IMG/VR virus record: IMGVR_UViG_3300035698_019136
Coordinates: 35,573 to 99,572 of that record
Length of the DNA: 64,000 nt
From: a virus
Lineage: Duplodnaviria; Heunggongvirae; Uroviricota; Caudoviricetes
Strand: one strand, 5' to 3'
Made by a program: the position numbers and the translations under genes. Shown in pieces: positions 27,232 through 36,885 of the stretch. The notes beneath the pieces were generated by a model that was not told where the DNA came from, ran no database searches, and worked only from the letters and a program-made list of their open reading frames with translations. Numbering within the stretch: the stretch's first letter is position 1; each line of letters starts with the position of its first letter.

Positions 27232-27910
27232 TTCTAAATGGGAAACAGCTACTCTATTCAGTTACCAACAAATCAGTCCAGATAAAAATGTAATAGCTAT
27301 TAGGCATGATATAGATGATAAAGTAGATGTTGCTAAAAAAATGGCTTTATTAGAGCATGATATGAATATATATTCTACTTATTTTCTTCTAACTACCCAT
27401 CCTTATTATGAGGAAGGGATATATTATGCAAATTATTTATACCAGTTGGGTCATGAAGTGGGGTTACATCTTGATTTGGCTATTGTGTCCGCTGTTGGGA
27501 AATTGAATGCTCACCAGTATATAATGGATAAACTTTTAGAATTAGGAAAAATGGATATTGAGGTAAAAGGGGTGTCTTCTCATGGTTCTGAATTGGCGAG
27601 GGTGATGAAATTTAAAGGGTGGCAATATTTTTATGACTATGCTGAAAGAGAATATGCTATTCATTTTGAAGATGAGAAAGGGGGGTTTTTAACTCTTACT
27701 ATGGGGATTCATCCTCTAGCGGAGTATGGATTAACTTATGAGGCTATTAAATTAGAGAAACCTAATTATATTAGTGATTCTCATGGGGAAATAAGGATAA
27801 ATAGAGATTTAAAAGATCCTCCGAATACTGAGGAGGAACTATTTGATTTTATAGAGAATGGGACTGGTAAGACTATAATGTTACTCCATCCACAATATTA
27901 TGAGGTATAG
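27197..27910 (+). CDS. hypothetical protein, possible carbohydrate esterase/deacetylase-like
   Basis: IAIRHDIDD and HxxxxH patterns give only a weak resemblance. Confidence 0.25.
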   Translation: MRYQELLKKIADSKWETATLFSYQQISPDKNVIAIRHDIDDKVDVAKKMALLEHDMNIYSTYFLLTTHPYYEEGIYYANYLYQLGHEVGLHLDLAIVSAVGKLNAHQYIMDKLLELGKMDIEVKGVSSHGSELARVMKFKGWQYFYDYAEREYAIHFEDEKGGFLTLTMGIHPLAEYGLTYEAIKLEKPNYISDSHGEIRINRDLKDPPNTEEELFDFIENGTGKTIMLLHPQYYEV

Positions 27911-27912
27911 TT

Positions 27913-28149
27913 ATGAGATTTATGATATCATATGGAGAAGGAGAGCCTCTAATAGAGCAGTATTGGGAAAGAACATATGAATTTTATACAAATGAAGATC
28001 CTGAAGCTTATGGCATTACTTGGGAAGAGGCTAGAAGGGAAGTAGGAGATTGGCATAGAAAAAAAGCAGAGGAATGGGATATTAAAAAAGAAGAAGAATA
28101 TTTCATAGGTCCCATTGTAAAAATTGAAGAACTCCTGTACCAGATTTAG
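27913..28149 (+). CDS. hypothetical small acidic protein
   Basis: ORF lying between two copies of a 45-bp direct repeat. Confidence 0.3.
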   Translation: MRFMISYGEGEPLIEQYWERTYEFYTNEDPEAYGITWEEARREVGDWHRKKAEEWDIKKEEEYFIGPIVKIEELLYQI

Positions 28150-28229
28150 GTATTTCTATAAATGATCCCAGAGCAGAAGATTTGGTAAGACTATAATGTT
28201 ATTCCATCCACAATATTATGAGGTGTAAA

Positions 28230-28397
28230 ATGAACGAAAGAAATAGAGGCGGTAGAATGGGGGGTAATAGAAGAGGAGCTGGACCAGGAGGAAAATGTGT
28301 TTGTCCTTCTTGTGGGCATATTGCAACTCATAGCATAGGAATTCCTTGTTATCAGATGTCGTGCCCAAAGTGTGGAGCATCTATGGTAAGAGCATAG
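28230..28397 (+). CDS. small Gly/Arg-rich zinc-ribbon protein
   Basis: [15 protein letters not shown] then CVCPSCGH...CPKCG. 55 aa; not in the track. Confidence 0.3.
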   Translation: MNERNRGGRMGGNRRGAGPGGKCVCPSCGHIATHSIGIPCYQMSCPKCGASMVRA

Positions 28398-28398
28398 A

Positions 28399-28632
28399 AT
28401 GGATTGGATAGCTGGAATATTAGAATTAGCAGGTTTATGGAAGATAGGGGATAAGAGAGCTTGGGGGTTTTTATTGTGTATAGCTGGTGGACTTTGTTGG
28501 ATTACATATGTCATTTTGAATGGGCATACTTATGGATTGTTAGTTGTAGTTATTCCAGCTTTATTTATTAATGTAAGAAACTATACTAAATGGAGGCGTG
28601 ATGAAAAAATGGGAAATAAGATACCAAGATAA
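28399..28632 (+). CDS. small membrane protein
   Basis: Three hydrophobic helices. Confidence 0.3.
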   Translation: MDWIAGILELAGLWKIGDKRAWGFLLCIAGGLCWITYVILNGHTYGLLVVVIPALFINVRNYTKWRRDEKMGNKIPR

Positions 28633-29209
28633 TAGAGAAAAGTTAAAAACAGGAGATATAGTTCTTTTTGGGGGCAAAAGTAAAATAAGTGGGATTATAA
28701 AGTATCTTACTAGAAGTAAGTGGTCTCATATAGGAATGGTCTATCGTCCTACTCCTGATTTAGTTTTGTTATGGGAATCTTCTAATTGTGGTAGTTTAGC
28801 AGATATTGAAAAAGGGAAGTCAAAAAATGGGGTGAAACTTGTGCCACTAAGCGAAAGAATAGAATCTTATGATGGGAGTATATCAGTTAGATTTCTTTCT
28901 ACTACAATAACTGGAGAAATGTTTCATAAGTTACAATCTTTCCGAGAAGAAGTAAAAGGAAGACCCTATGAAAAAAAAGCAATAGAGTTACTCAAATCAG
29001 TTTATGATGGAATTTGGGGGCTTAACGAGGAGGATCCATCTTCTTTTTTCTGTAGTGAATTGTTTGCTGAATCTTGGCAGAGAATGGGGCTACTTTCAGA
29101 GGAGTCTCCCTCAAATGAGTTTACCCCAAAAGATTTTGAAGAAGGTGGGATTGTAGAAAATCTACTATTAGCAGGCAATATAAGTGAGGAGGTAAAAATA
29201 AAATTATGA
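28598..29209 (+). CDS. permuted papain-fold (YiiX/NlpC-P60-like) hydrolase candidate
   Basis: GDIVLF...SHIGMV followed much later by FCSELF, a His-then-Cys order. Confidence 0.35.
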   Translation: MMKKWEIRYQDNREKLKTGDIVLFGGKSKISGIIKYLTRSKWSHIGMVYRPTPDLVLLWESSNCGSLADIEKGKSKNGVKLVPLSERIESYDGSISVRFLSTTITGEMFHKLQSFREEVKGRPYEKKAIELLKSVYDGIWGLNEEDPSSFFCSELFAESWQRMGLLSEESPSNEFTPKDFEEGGIVENLLLAGNISEEVKIKL

Positions 29210-30243
29210 AAATAGGGATAGTTGCTTGGGCAGCATGTGTAAGATGTATAAAAGAGTGTAGGATGTTAGCAGCAAAAGGACATGAGTTATATTTATTTGC
29301 TAATTTTCCTCCTCAGATATCTTCTGATATTGATCAAGATGATATATTTTTTCATCAAACTTTTTTTAATTCTCCTAAGATGCTTTTTGATAGAATAAAA
29401 GGATTGGATTTTTTAGATTTAATTCATGTTCATAATGAACCTTCATGGCCTGCTAATATAGCTAAAAATGCAGGATTCAAAGTAGTTTTAGATGCCCATG
29501 ATTTAAATATAGTTCGTTTTGGCTGGAAAAAAGCATTAGAGATGGGAGGGGATGATGTAAATGCTATAGGAGAATCAGATGGACTTATAGTTCCTTGCAA
29601 TAAGTACATAGATATCATAGAAGAGCAGGGTACTTTAAGAATACCCACATTAGAATTGTTGTCCTATGCTAATGAGGAAGATTTTACTGAAAATAAAAAT
29701 GATATAGGAGGGATTGTATATCAAGGCAGTATTTATGAACCTAAACCTGATCATCCATATTCTTATAGACTTTATGACAAAGTAGCGAAAGAGTTATTGG
29801 ATATGGAAATTCCATTTCATATATATCCAGGAAGAGGTTATGAGAAAGAGATGCCATTTTATAAAGAATTAGGATGCCATACTTACAAGACTCAAGATTA
29901 TAATAAATTATTGAAGCAATTAGGGAGACATGATTGGGGGTTTTGTGGAAGTCCTATAAAGCATCGTCAATGGGATAATACTTTTAGCAACAAACTTTTT
30001 GATTCTATAGCTGCTGGAATACCTTCTTTTATCTATCAAGCAGAAGCTACAGAAAAAAGATTTGGATTAAGGGGGATTGGGCCAGTAGTAGAAGAATTGG
30101 GTGATATAAAAGAATATATGGAAACAAAAGGGAAAAGAGAAGATTGTAGGAATGAGATAATGGACAGGAGAAGGAAAGAATGGACGATGGAGAGTCAGTA
30201 TGACAGTCTGATGGATCTTTATAATAAGGTGTTAAGTAGATAA
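29206..30243 (+). CDS. putative GT-B glycosyltransferase (paralog of 57412-58506)
   Basis: Starts MKIGIV. Shares HVHNEP...DAHDLNIVRFG with the 57412 gene. Confidence 0.45.
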   Translation: MKIGIVAWAACVRCIKECRMLAAKGHELYLFANFPPQISSDIDQDDIFFHQTFFNSPKMLFDRIKGLDFLDLIHVHNEPSWPANIAKNAGFKVVLDAHDLNIVRFGWKKALEMGGDDVNAIGESDGLIVPCNKYIDIIEEQGTLRIPTLELLSYANEEDFTENKNDIGGIVYQGSIYEPKPDHPYSYRLYDKVAKELLDMEIPFHIYPGRGYEKEMPFYKELGCHTYKTQDYNKLLKQLGRHDWGFCGSPIKHRQWDNTFSNKLFDSIAAGIPSFIYQAEATEKRFGLRGIGPVVEELGDIKEYMETKGKREDCRNEIMDRRRKEWTMESQYDSLMDLYNKVLSR

Positions 30244-30574
30244 AAAACGGAATGTCCTATTTTAAGGTAGAGGTATATAGTATTATGGCAAACAGCATAT
30301 TCTATTTTTATTTTATTTTTGTAATATCAATCATAGCGGCATTTGTGGGGGGGGCAGAATGCGGTTGTTATGTAATATTGGGGGGAATATGGTATAAGCT
30401 ATATTTTAGTCCAAAAGCTAATTAGGAGGACACCATAAGGACCATAGCAATAATTATTCCAATTGGTTGATTTCATTATTAAAATATAATTTGAAACATT
30501 GAAAATCCCCCAAAAAGCAACATTTAGGACTAGTTGAGGACCATGGGAAACTTGAATATATTATTAAGTAAAAA

Positions 30575-30790
30575 ATGCACTACCATAAACTAGGACATTC
30601 CGATAAAAAAATCAAGAATATAAATGATTTACCTATGTCAGTAGTGATTTTGATATTATTGGGTTATGTTATAGGTATTATATTTTTGGCAGCATATTTT
30701 ATTGCCGTGCTACACATAAATTGTTTGTATATAATACCAGTAATGGTAGTTATTAACTGTTTTGTTGATGGGTTTTTTGTGAGGTTATGA
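30575..30790 (+). CDS. small membrane protein
   Basis: Hydrophobic ORF. Confidence 0.25.
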   Translation: MHYHKLGHSDKKIKNINDLPMSVVILILLGYVIGIIFLAAYFIAVLHINCLYIIPVMVVINCFVDGFFVRL

Positions 30791-30984
30791 TGGGTGCGAA
30801 TAAAAAATATAAGAGTTTATACATTTGTGGTAAGTGTGGCGAAGATTTCAGTAAGCACTGGAACAGAGATAAACTTATGAAAAAAGTAGTGCTTGCTGGT
30901 CGTGCCGATATTTTATGTTGGACTTGCCGATGTGTTATGGAAGACGAGCTTGAAGATATTGCTAAAAGATCCCTATTAATTTAA
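30787..30984 (+). CDS. small Cys-rich protein
   Basis: CGKCGE...CWTCRC. Confidence 0.3.
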   Translation: MMGANKKYKSLYICGKCGEDFSKHWNRDKLMKKVVLAGRADILCWTCRCVMEDELEDIAKRSLLI

Positions 30985-31016
30985 ATTTTAGTATTTCTAT
31001 AGCAGATAAAAAGTAA

Positions 31017-31706
31017 ATGATTAAAGTAGATATTGGCAAAGAATGCACAGATGAGTATTGCAAGAAGGCAGTAGAGTCTATAAGTGGAATTCTCAATAGA
31101 GATTACGATGCCTGGGGACTCCCTACAATTCTTCAAATATCAGAAGGGACTACACCTATAAGCTACTTTAAAGAAGTCTTAGATTGTAAGACTAGAAATA
31201 TGATAAGAAAACCATCAAAATATAATATATTTTTTCGACAGGTAAAGAAAAACTTGGTTTTAAAGCAAGTGCATGAGATTAATACATCTTCTTTATTTAG
31301 GCAAGGAAGAATAATGAGTGAAGGGTATAGAAAATTTCCAAAGTATACTAAGTATGAAAGAAATTGTGATAAACATTACTGGCAATTTTATGGAGCTTTT
31401 AGTGAAGAGGGGAAATTTGATAGATTAATAGCTTACATATCTGTTTTAACATATAAAGAGTTGATTCTTGTTAGCCAGATTCTTGGTCACGCTGATTACT
31501 TAAAAACAGGGGTGATGAACTTCCTACTTTATTGGACTATTGTGGATATTATGAATTGGAATTCCTATGTTAAATATATTCAGTATGGTTTTTGGGGGTC
31601 AGGGGAAGATGGTCTAAGGCATTTCAAAAAGTCTATGGGGTTTAAGCCAATGGACATAAGAGAAGGTGAACACAGGGTTAGAAGGTATGATAGGTTTAAT
31701 AGGTAG
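31017..31706 (+). CDS. FemAB/CelD-like GNAT-fold acyl/aminoacyl-transferase candidate
   Basis: C-terminal LRHFKKSMGFKP matches the L-x-FKK-x-GF motif of FemAB/BioF2-like GNATs. Confidence 0.4.
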   Translation: MIKVDIGKECTDEYCKKAVESISGILNRDYDAWGLPTILQISEGTTPISYFKEVLDCKTRNMIRKPSKYNIFFRQVKKNLVLKQVHEINTSSLFRQGRIMSEGYRKFPKYTKYERNCDKHYWQFYGAFSEEGKFDRLIAYISVLTYKELILVSQILGHADYLKTGVMNFLLYWTIVDIMNWNSYVKYIQYGFWGSGEDGLRHFKKSMGFKPMDIREGEHRVRRYDRFNR

Positions 31707-31724
31707 TGGGAAAAATAGGTTAAT

Positions 31725-32285
31725 ATGAATCTTTGGGCATTATTAGCTGACTTTATTCGAACATGGATAGTTAATTTAGTTCCTAGACCCTTCATTGTAA
31801 GAAAAACACATGGGGCGGTGAAGTTTGTAAGGGGCAAGAAGATAATAGAATTAAACTCTGGATTTTATTTTTATTGGCCTTTTATTACAGAAATAGAAGT
31901 TATACCTATTGTTAGACAAACTATTAGGTTGCCTACCCAATGTTTAATGGATGTAGATGACCATTCTATAATAGTTGGAGCTGTTTTAGTTTATGAAATA
32001 GAGGATGTAGTAAAGGCATTATCTGAGGTCTATGAAATTGACGAAGCTATAGAAGATATATCACTTGCTACTATTAAGTGTTTTATTGTGGGGAAAAGAG
32101 TTAGGGGAATATCGGAAAAGTTTATAGAGATAGATAAGGAATTAACCCAATCTATCAGGGGCAAATTAAAGCCTTTAGGCGTTAAGGTAAAGAATGTTTA
32201 TTTATCTGATTGTTCAGAAACTATGGTATTAAAAAATTATGGGGAAAAATTTAAATTATATAGTGATGAAAGGTTAGAAATATGA
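31725..32285 (+). CDS. SPFH/band-7 domain protein
   Basis: The pattern IPIVRQTIRLP...VDDHSIIVGAVLVYEIEDVVKA matches the SPFH core. Confidence 0.45.
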   Translation: MNLWALLADFIRTWIVNLVPRPFIVRKTHGAVKFVRGKKIIELNSGFYFYWPFITEIEVIPIVRQTIRLPTQCLMDVDDHSIIVGAVLVYEIEDVVKALSEVYEIDEAIEDISLATIKCFIVGKRVRGISEKFIEIDKELTQSIRGKLKPLGVKVKNVYLSDCSETMVLKNYGEKFKLYSDERLEI

Positions 32286-33163
32286 AAGTAATTTTTGATG
32301 TTGGAGAAATTGGGTGGTCTTTGCTTCATAGAGCACACATAGCATGGTTAGAAGGATATGATACATTAGAAGATGTTAAAGTATTTACTTTAAAGGAAAG
32401 AACAAGATTTTATGATAATTATATTCCAGAGAATAATATTATTACAGATCTTCCTGAAGAGATGTATTCAGCTAATTTGGTGAGGAATTCATTCCTTTAT
32501 AATAATGGTCCTCCTATATTAGATATGTTCAGGAAATGTGATATAGATTCAGATGATGTTATTCATGGGTGGAAGAATTTAGATTGGAAGTCTGCTGATT
32601 GTTATAAAGATAAAATGGTATTCGAGCCTTTTGATTCTCGTTTGGTGAACATGGAAGAGTATGATGAAAAGATGTTAAATTTAGATCCTAAGAAACCTAA
32701 TATTGTTTTGATGCCAAGATTTAAAATAGGAGATCCATATACTGAACAGCGGAATTGGGGGGTAAAAAATTGGAAGACTCTTTATAGTATGATTATAGAT
32801 AAGATAGATTGCAATGTGATTATAGTTGGGAGATATGGGCAAAGTTATTATTTGAAGGAGATTAAGGGCAGGTCTTTGAATCTTATATCAGACGATCCAT
32901 TTCCTATGATGCTTGAGGCTTTGAATAATCCTAATTCTGTTTTGGCTGTGAGTTCTCAGTCTTTTGGGGGCAAGTTAGCTTTATTGCAGAATGTAGATAC
33001 TATTATGTGGGGGCATCAGAAACAAAGACACAAAGTGGATGAGAATTGGAGTTCTAAAGAAGGAGTAAGATGTATATTTTTTGAGGATATAAAATACAAT
33101 ATTGATCCTACAACAATTTTTACGACAATAGATGTTTATATAAAGGGGGTAAGTCATGAGTAA
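32282..33163 (+). CDS. putative glycosyltransferase (GT9/heptosyltransferase-like)
   Basis: The central segment PNIVLMP...NWKTL...VIIVG gives a weak resemblance. Confidence 0.3.
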   Translation: MKVIFDVGEIGWSLLHRAHIAWLEGYDTLEDVKVFTLKERTRFYDNYIPENNIITDLPEEMYSANLVRNSFLYNNGPPILDMFRKCDIDSDDVIHGWKNLDWKSADCYKDKMVFEPFDSRLVNMEEYDEKMLNLDPKKPNIVLMPRFKIGDPYTEQRNWGVKNWKTLYSMIIDKIDCNVIIVGRYGQSYYLKEIKGRSLNLISDDPFPMMLEALNNPNSVLAVSSQSFGGKLALLQNVDTIMWGHQKQRHKVDENWSSKEGVRCIFFEDIKYNIDPTTIFTTIDVYIKGVSHE

Positions 33164-33356
33164 AGTTTATTGCAGTGAATGTAGGCATTATAGTTCTTCT
33201 TCTGATCCATTTGAAGGTTGGGATACTGGAGAAGAGACATGTACATCACCATCAAATCTGCAAGGCACTTATTTATCCCCTAAACAAATACCTATATATA
33301 CTTGTGAAAAGAGGAATAGGGATAATAAGTGTGCTTGGTTTTCAAAAAGGCGTTAA
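33156..33356 (+). CDS. small Cys-rich protein
   Basis: CSECRH...C...C. Confidence 0.3.
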   Translation: MSKVYCSECRHYSSSSDPFEGWDTGEETCTSPSNLQGTYLSPKQIPIYTCEKRNRDNKCAWFSKRR

Positions 33357-33359
33357 AAA

Positions 33360-33614
33360 ATGGCTCTTAGAAGATATTGTGAAACACCATTGAATAGATG
33401 GCGTCATTGTGAAGCAGCATGGGAGGAATGTTTGGATCAAATAACTCGTAAGTGTGATCATAGAGGAGAAGTAATAGAAGTAACAGAAGGTGATTGTTTT
33501 GGAAGAGTTCTGAGTTGTCAGGATGAGCCTATGGAAAAAAATTGTAAAAATATAATAGAAACTACTACTTTGACTTGTCTTTGTTGTGGGAATAAAGTTT
33601 ATAGAAGGAGGTGA
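33360..33614 (+). CDS. small Cys-rich protein (RYCET...PMEKNC-NIIE family)
   Basis: Paralog of 33983-34318. Confidence 0.35.
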   Translation: MALRRYCETPLNRWRHCEAAWEECLDQITRKCDHRGEVIEVTEGDCFGRVLSCQDEPMEKNCKNIIETTTLTCLCCGNKVYRRR

Positions 33615-33841
33615 GACAAATGGGCGATGAATTTTCATATCCAAAGGATTGGAAAAAGCAAGAAAAAACAGATTGTAATATAGTAGGAAAAATTACTTTT
33701 ACTCCTAATAATACGGGGTGGATTTGTCCAAAATGTGGGAGAGTGCATTCTCCATCTACTCTACAGTGTTTTTTTTGTGTGGGGAAGAAAAAGAGAATAT
33801 ATGATGGAACTATAATAAAAGACATAAAAGAAAATGAGTAA
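33611..33841 (+). CDS. small zinc-ribbon protein
   Basis: CPKCGRVH...CFFC. Confidence 0.3.
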   Translation: MRQMGDEFSYPKDWKKQEKTDCNIVGKITFTPNNTGWICPKCGRVHSPSTLQCFFCVGKKKRIYDGTIIKDIKENE

Positions 33842-33984
33842 TAAGATAATTTGCATTTATTGCAGAACTGAATTCGAAGATAGACAATCTTTTGAAAACC
33901 ACATGTTATTGTTTCATCAAGATAAGGTCAAGTTAATAAATGCTTTTTATAGAAGAATGGCAGGAGAAAGGGAGGAAGAAAAAT
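33835..33984 (+). CDS. small C2H2-like zinc finger protein
   Basis: CIYCRTEFEDRQSFENHMLLFH (CxxC...HxxxxH). 49 aa; not in the track. Confidence 0.3.
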
Positions 33985-34318
33985 GAGAAAAAGATATTGT
34001 GAGACAATTTTGCAAAAGTGGTATTCCTGTAATTCAGGATTTGGTAGTTATTACTTAGGGGGAAAAGATGGGGCTATGATTTCTAAAGGCTGTAGGGATA
34101 TGCCTATGGAAAAAAATTGTAGTAATATAATAGAAGAAAATGATATATGTTGCCCCACTTGTGGAAGTCCAATGAAAGATGATGACATTAAACATCCTAA
34201 TTTTCCTTGGGTTACTATAGAGATATTTCTGGTATATTTGATCCAAATTTTAAATGGGAGAAAGAATAATGAAAATAGGGATTATATGTACAGGCAGCAA
34301 TCCAGTTCCTCCAGATAA
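33983..34318 (+). CDS. small Cys-rich protein (RYCET family paralog)
   Basis: Shares RYCET and PMEKNCSNIIE with 33360. Its 3' end overlaps the next gene. Confidence 0.3.
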   Translation: MRKRYCETILQKWYSCNSGFGSYYLGGKDGAMISKGCRDMPMEKNCSNIIEENDICCPTCGSPMKDDDIKHPNFPWVTIEIFLVYLIQILNGRKNNENRDYMYRQQSSSSR

Positions 34319-35351
34319 TTACGGAGGAACACAGATGGTAAATTGGGAGACTGCCGAAGGATTATTAGAATGGGGGCATGAGGTTACTTTATTTGCTCCT
34401 CCTGGAAGTGAGAGCAATGCCAAGATAGTAGAGATAAAAGAGGGGTGGGGGTATAAAAATGAAAAGTATAATTTTGAAGAACATTTAATATACTATATTG
34501 ATAAGTTAGAGGTTCTTATAGATACAACAGCTTATGGATTGACAGGACGTATAACTCCTAAGTTTCCTTATGTTGCAAGAATGGGGGGAGACCCAGAAAA
34601 GAATTATTGTAGAAATTTTGAAAGGAATATAATATTCCCTTCTGTTCATCATGCTCAATTTCATTCTCAAAATGATTGTGCTTGTGGGATAAAAAGAAGA
34701 AAAATATATGGGGGTTTAGCTCAAGATTTTATAAAGGCTGTTGTTGTTCCGAAACCTATTTGTTACAGGCATTCTTTTGAAACTTTAGATCCTTTAGAGT
34801 ATACTGATTTAAATACTAGGCTTGCTTATAATAAGGATAGTTATTATTTATATATAGGATTAATTGCAAGCCATAAGGGGACTGATTTAGCAGTAGAGTT
34901 TGGGAATAAAATGGGGATAAAGACGCTTATAGCAGGACCACATGATTTGTCTCCTTATTTTGATAATGTAATAAGACCAAAACTTTCCTATAAAGTTTCG
35001 TATATAGGAGAAGTAGATAATTTAGAAAAATGGGAATTGATGAAGAATGCTAAAGCTGTTATTTTTACTTCTACTTGTGAAGAAGGAGATCCTAATGTTC
35101 CAAAAGAGGCTTTACTAATGGGCACTCCTGTAATTGCTTTGGATGGAACAGTATCAGAGATAGTAGAGGATGGGAAGACAGGATTAATATGTAAGTCTGT
35201 AGATGAGATGGTGGATAGGTGTTTTAATGTCAATTATATTGATCCAGAAGAATGTAGAAGAAGTGTATTAGAAAAGTTTGGAAGAGAGAAATATATAGAA
35301 AAAACAATAAATCTTTTACAGAAAGCTATAGCAGGGGATGAATGGATATAG
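34269..35351 (+). CDS. GT4-family (GT-B) glycosyltransferase
   Basis: N-terminus MKIGIICTGSNPVPP-NYGG and the C-terminal E-x7-E region EGDPNVPKEALLMGTPVIA. ATG at 34269 follows GGGAGAAAG. The six-frame ORF begins at 34254. Confidence 0.75.
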   Translation: MKIGIICTGSNPVPPDNYGGTQMVNWETAEGLLEWGHEVTLFAPPGSESNAKIVEIKEGWGYKNEKYNFEEHLIYYIDKLEVLIDTTAYGLTGRITPKFPYVARMGGDPEKNYCRNFERNIIFPSVHHAQFHSQNDCACGIKRRKIYGGLAQDFIKAVVVPKPICYRHSFETLDPLEYTDLNTRLAYNKDSYYLYIGLIASHKGTDLAVEFGNKMGIKTLIAGPHDLSPYFDNVIRPKLSYKVSYIGEVDNLEKWELMKNAKAVIFTSTCEEGDPNVPKEALLMGTPVIALDGTVSEIVEDGKTGLICKSVDEMVDRCFNVNYIDPEECRRSVLEKFGREKYIEKTINLLQKAIAGDEWI

Positions 35352-36190
35352 TTTGTATAACAGCAGAACATTATGATATTCTAACAGAAGTTATAATAGA
35401 GGGGATTAGATGTACTGAACATAGTATTAAAGTCAATAATAAAGAATTTTTAGCTGAAGCTGATTTAATTTTAATGTTTTTATCTATGGAACGAAAAAAT
35501 GAACCTTTATTGAATTATATAGTGCAGAATAAATGGGAAAAGAAAACAGCAATAATAGATGATGAAGATAGATTAGAATTAATAGAGCCTGGAGCTGTAG
35601 GGGTATTTAGGATTTATTTTAAAAGAGAATTATATATTGAGGATATTAGAAAAAATATAAAACCAATGCCTTTTGGAGCAATGAAAGCTTATTTTAAATA
35701 CAAAGGGAAGGTGGATAATAAATACAGTGTAATTTGTTCAATGGCTACAGGAACAAATTTAAGAAGATTGAAAATAGAAGAAGCTGTAAGATCATTAGGT
35801 ATTCAGAATTCTATGGTGGGAAGAATTGGGAGAGCAAATGCTTGTACTCCATCTACTCATGAATTAAAACAAATATATTATAAAAGTTTAGCTGAAAGTA
35901 AAATAGGAGTTTCATATTATGGTTCAGGATATGAGACAGCTAGATTTTGGGAAATACCGGCTAGTGGTGCTTTATTGTTATCTCCTCCTATTAAAATACA
36001 GATTCCTAATCCTCCTGTAGCGGGAATTCATTTTGTGTCTTACAATAATGAAGAAGAGTTAAAAGATAAAATAAAGTATTATTTAGAAAATGAACAAGAA
36101 AGAGCACTTATAGCAAAGCAAGGGTATGAATATGTATTAAAATATCATACATCAAAAGAAAGAGCTAAATACTTATTAGGAGTGATATAA
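35342..36190 (+). CDS. CgeB-like glycosyltransferase (Glyco_trans_1_2-type C-terminal domain)
   Basis: C-terminal region KIGVSYYGSGYETARFWEIPASGALLLS...YLENEQERALIAKQGYEYVLKYHT. Confidence 0.45.
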   Translation: MDIVCITAEHYDILTEVIIEGIRCTEHSIKVNNKEFLAEADLILMFLSMERKNEPLLNYIVQNKWEKKTAIIDDEDRLELIEPGAVGVFRIYFKRELYIEDIRKNIKPMPFGAMKAYFKYKGKVDNKYSVICSMATGTNLRRLKIEEAVRSLGIQNSMVGRIGRANACTPSTHELKQIYYKSLAESKIGVSYYGSGYETARFWEIPASGALLLSPPIKIQIPNPPVAGIHFVSYNNEEELKDKIKYYLENEQERALIAKQGYEYVLKYHTSKERAKYLLGVI

Positions 36191-36194
36191 GAAT

Positions 36195-36884
36195 ATGAAA
36201 CGTCTTAAAACAAGAACTACTGAAAATGAGGATGGTATTTTTACATACCTTTCTTTTGATCGTATAAGTAAGCATTTAGTAAATGGTAGATGGGCGGGGG
36301 AGATTTTAGATTTATATAAAAAATTAGTAAAGGAGGGGGACAATGTTATTGATTGTGGAGCTTATATAGGAGTTCACACTGTTGCTTTGTCAAAAATTGT
36401 AGGGGATAATGGGATGGTTTGTTCATTTGAACCTCATAGAATATATCATCAATTATTGTGTTCTAATGTAATTAAGAATGGTTTAGCTAATGTAAGAGCT
36501 TTTAATATGGGATTGGGGGCATATAAAGAAAAGAGTAAAATTACTTCAAGAGATATATTTGCTACTACAGACACTCATTATAGTCATAGTGCTATTGTTG
36601 AAGATAGAAATAAAGAAGGGGAGGTTGTATATATAGAAACTTTAGATAATTTAGATTTACCAAAGATTTCTTTAATAAAGATAGATGTAGAGGGGTATGA
36701 GTTAAATGTAATAAAAGGAGGGTTGAAAACTATAGAACGTGATTCTCCTCTTATACTTTTTGAATACAATAGACAAACATCGAGATTTAATTATACCAAA
36801 GAGGATTTATTTGGGTATTTAGAGGGATTGAATTATTATATTGTCCAATTTGATCAAGATAATTATTTAGGGACAAGAGTATAA
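36195..36884 (+). CDS. FkbM-family SAM-dependent methyltransferase
   Basis: NVIDCGAYIG...VCSFEP...LxxN...NV pattern. Confidence 0.6.
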   Translation: MKRLKTRTTENEDGIFTYLSFDRISKHLVNGRWAGEILDLYKKLVKEGDNVIDCGAYIGVHTVALSKIVGDNGMVCSFEPHRIYHQLLCSNVIKNGLANVRAFNMGLGAYKEKSKITSRDIFATTDTHYSHSAIVEDRNKEGEVVYIETLDNLDLPKISLIKIDVEGYELNVIKGGLKTIERDSPLILFEYNRQTSRFNYTKEDLFGYLEGLNYYIVQFDQDNYLGTRV

Positions 36885-36885
36885 A

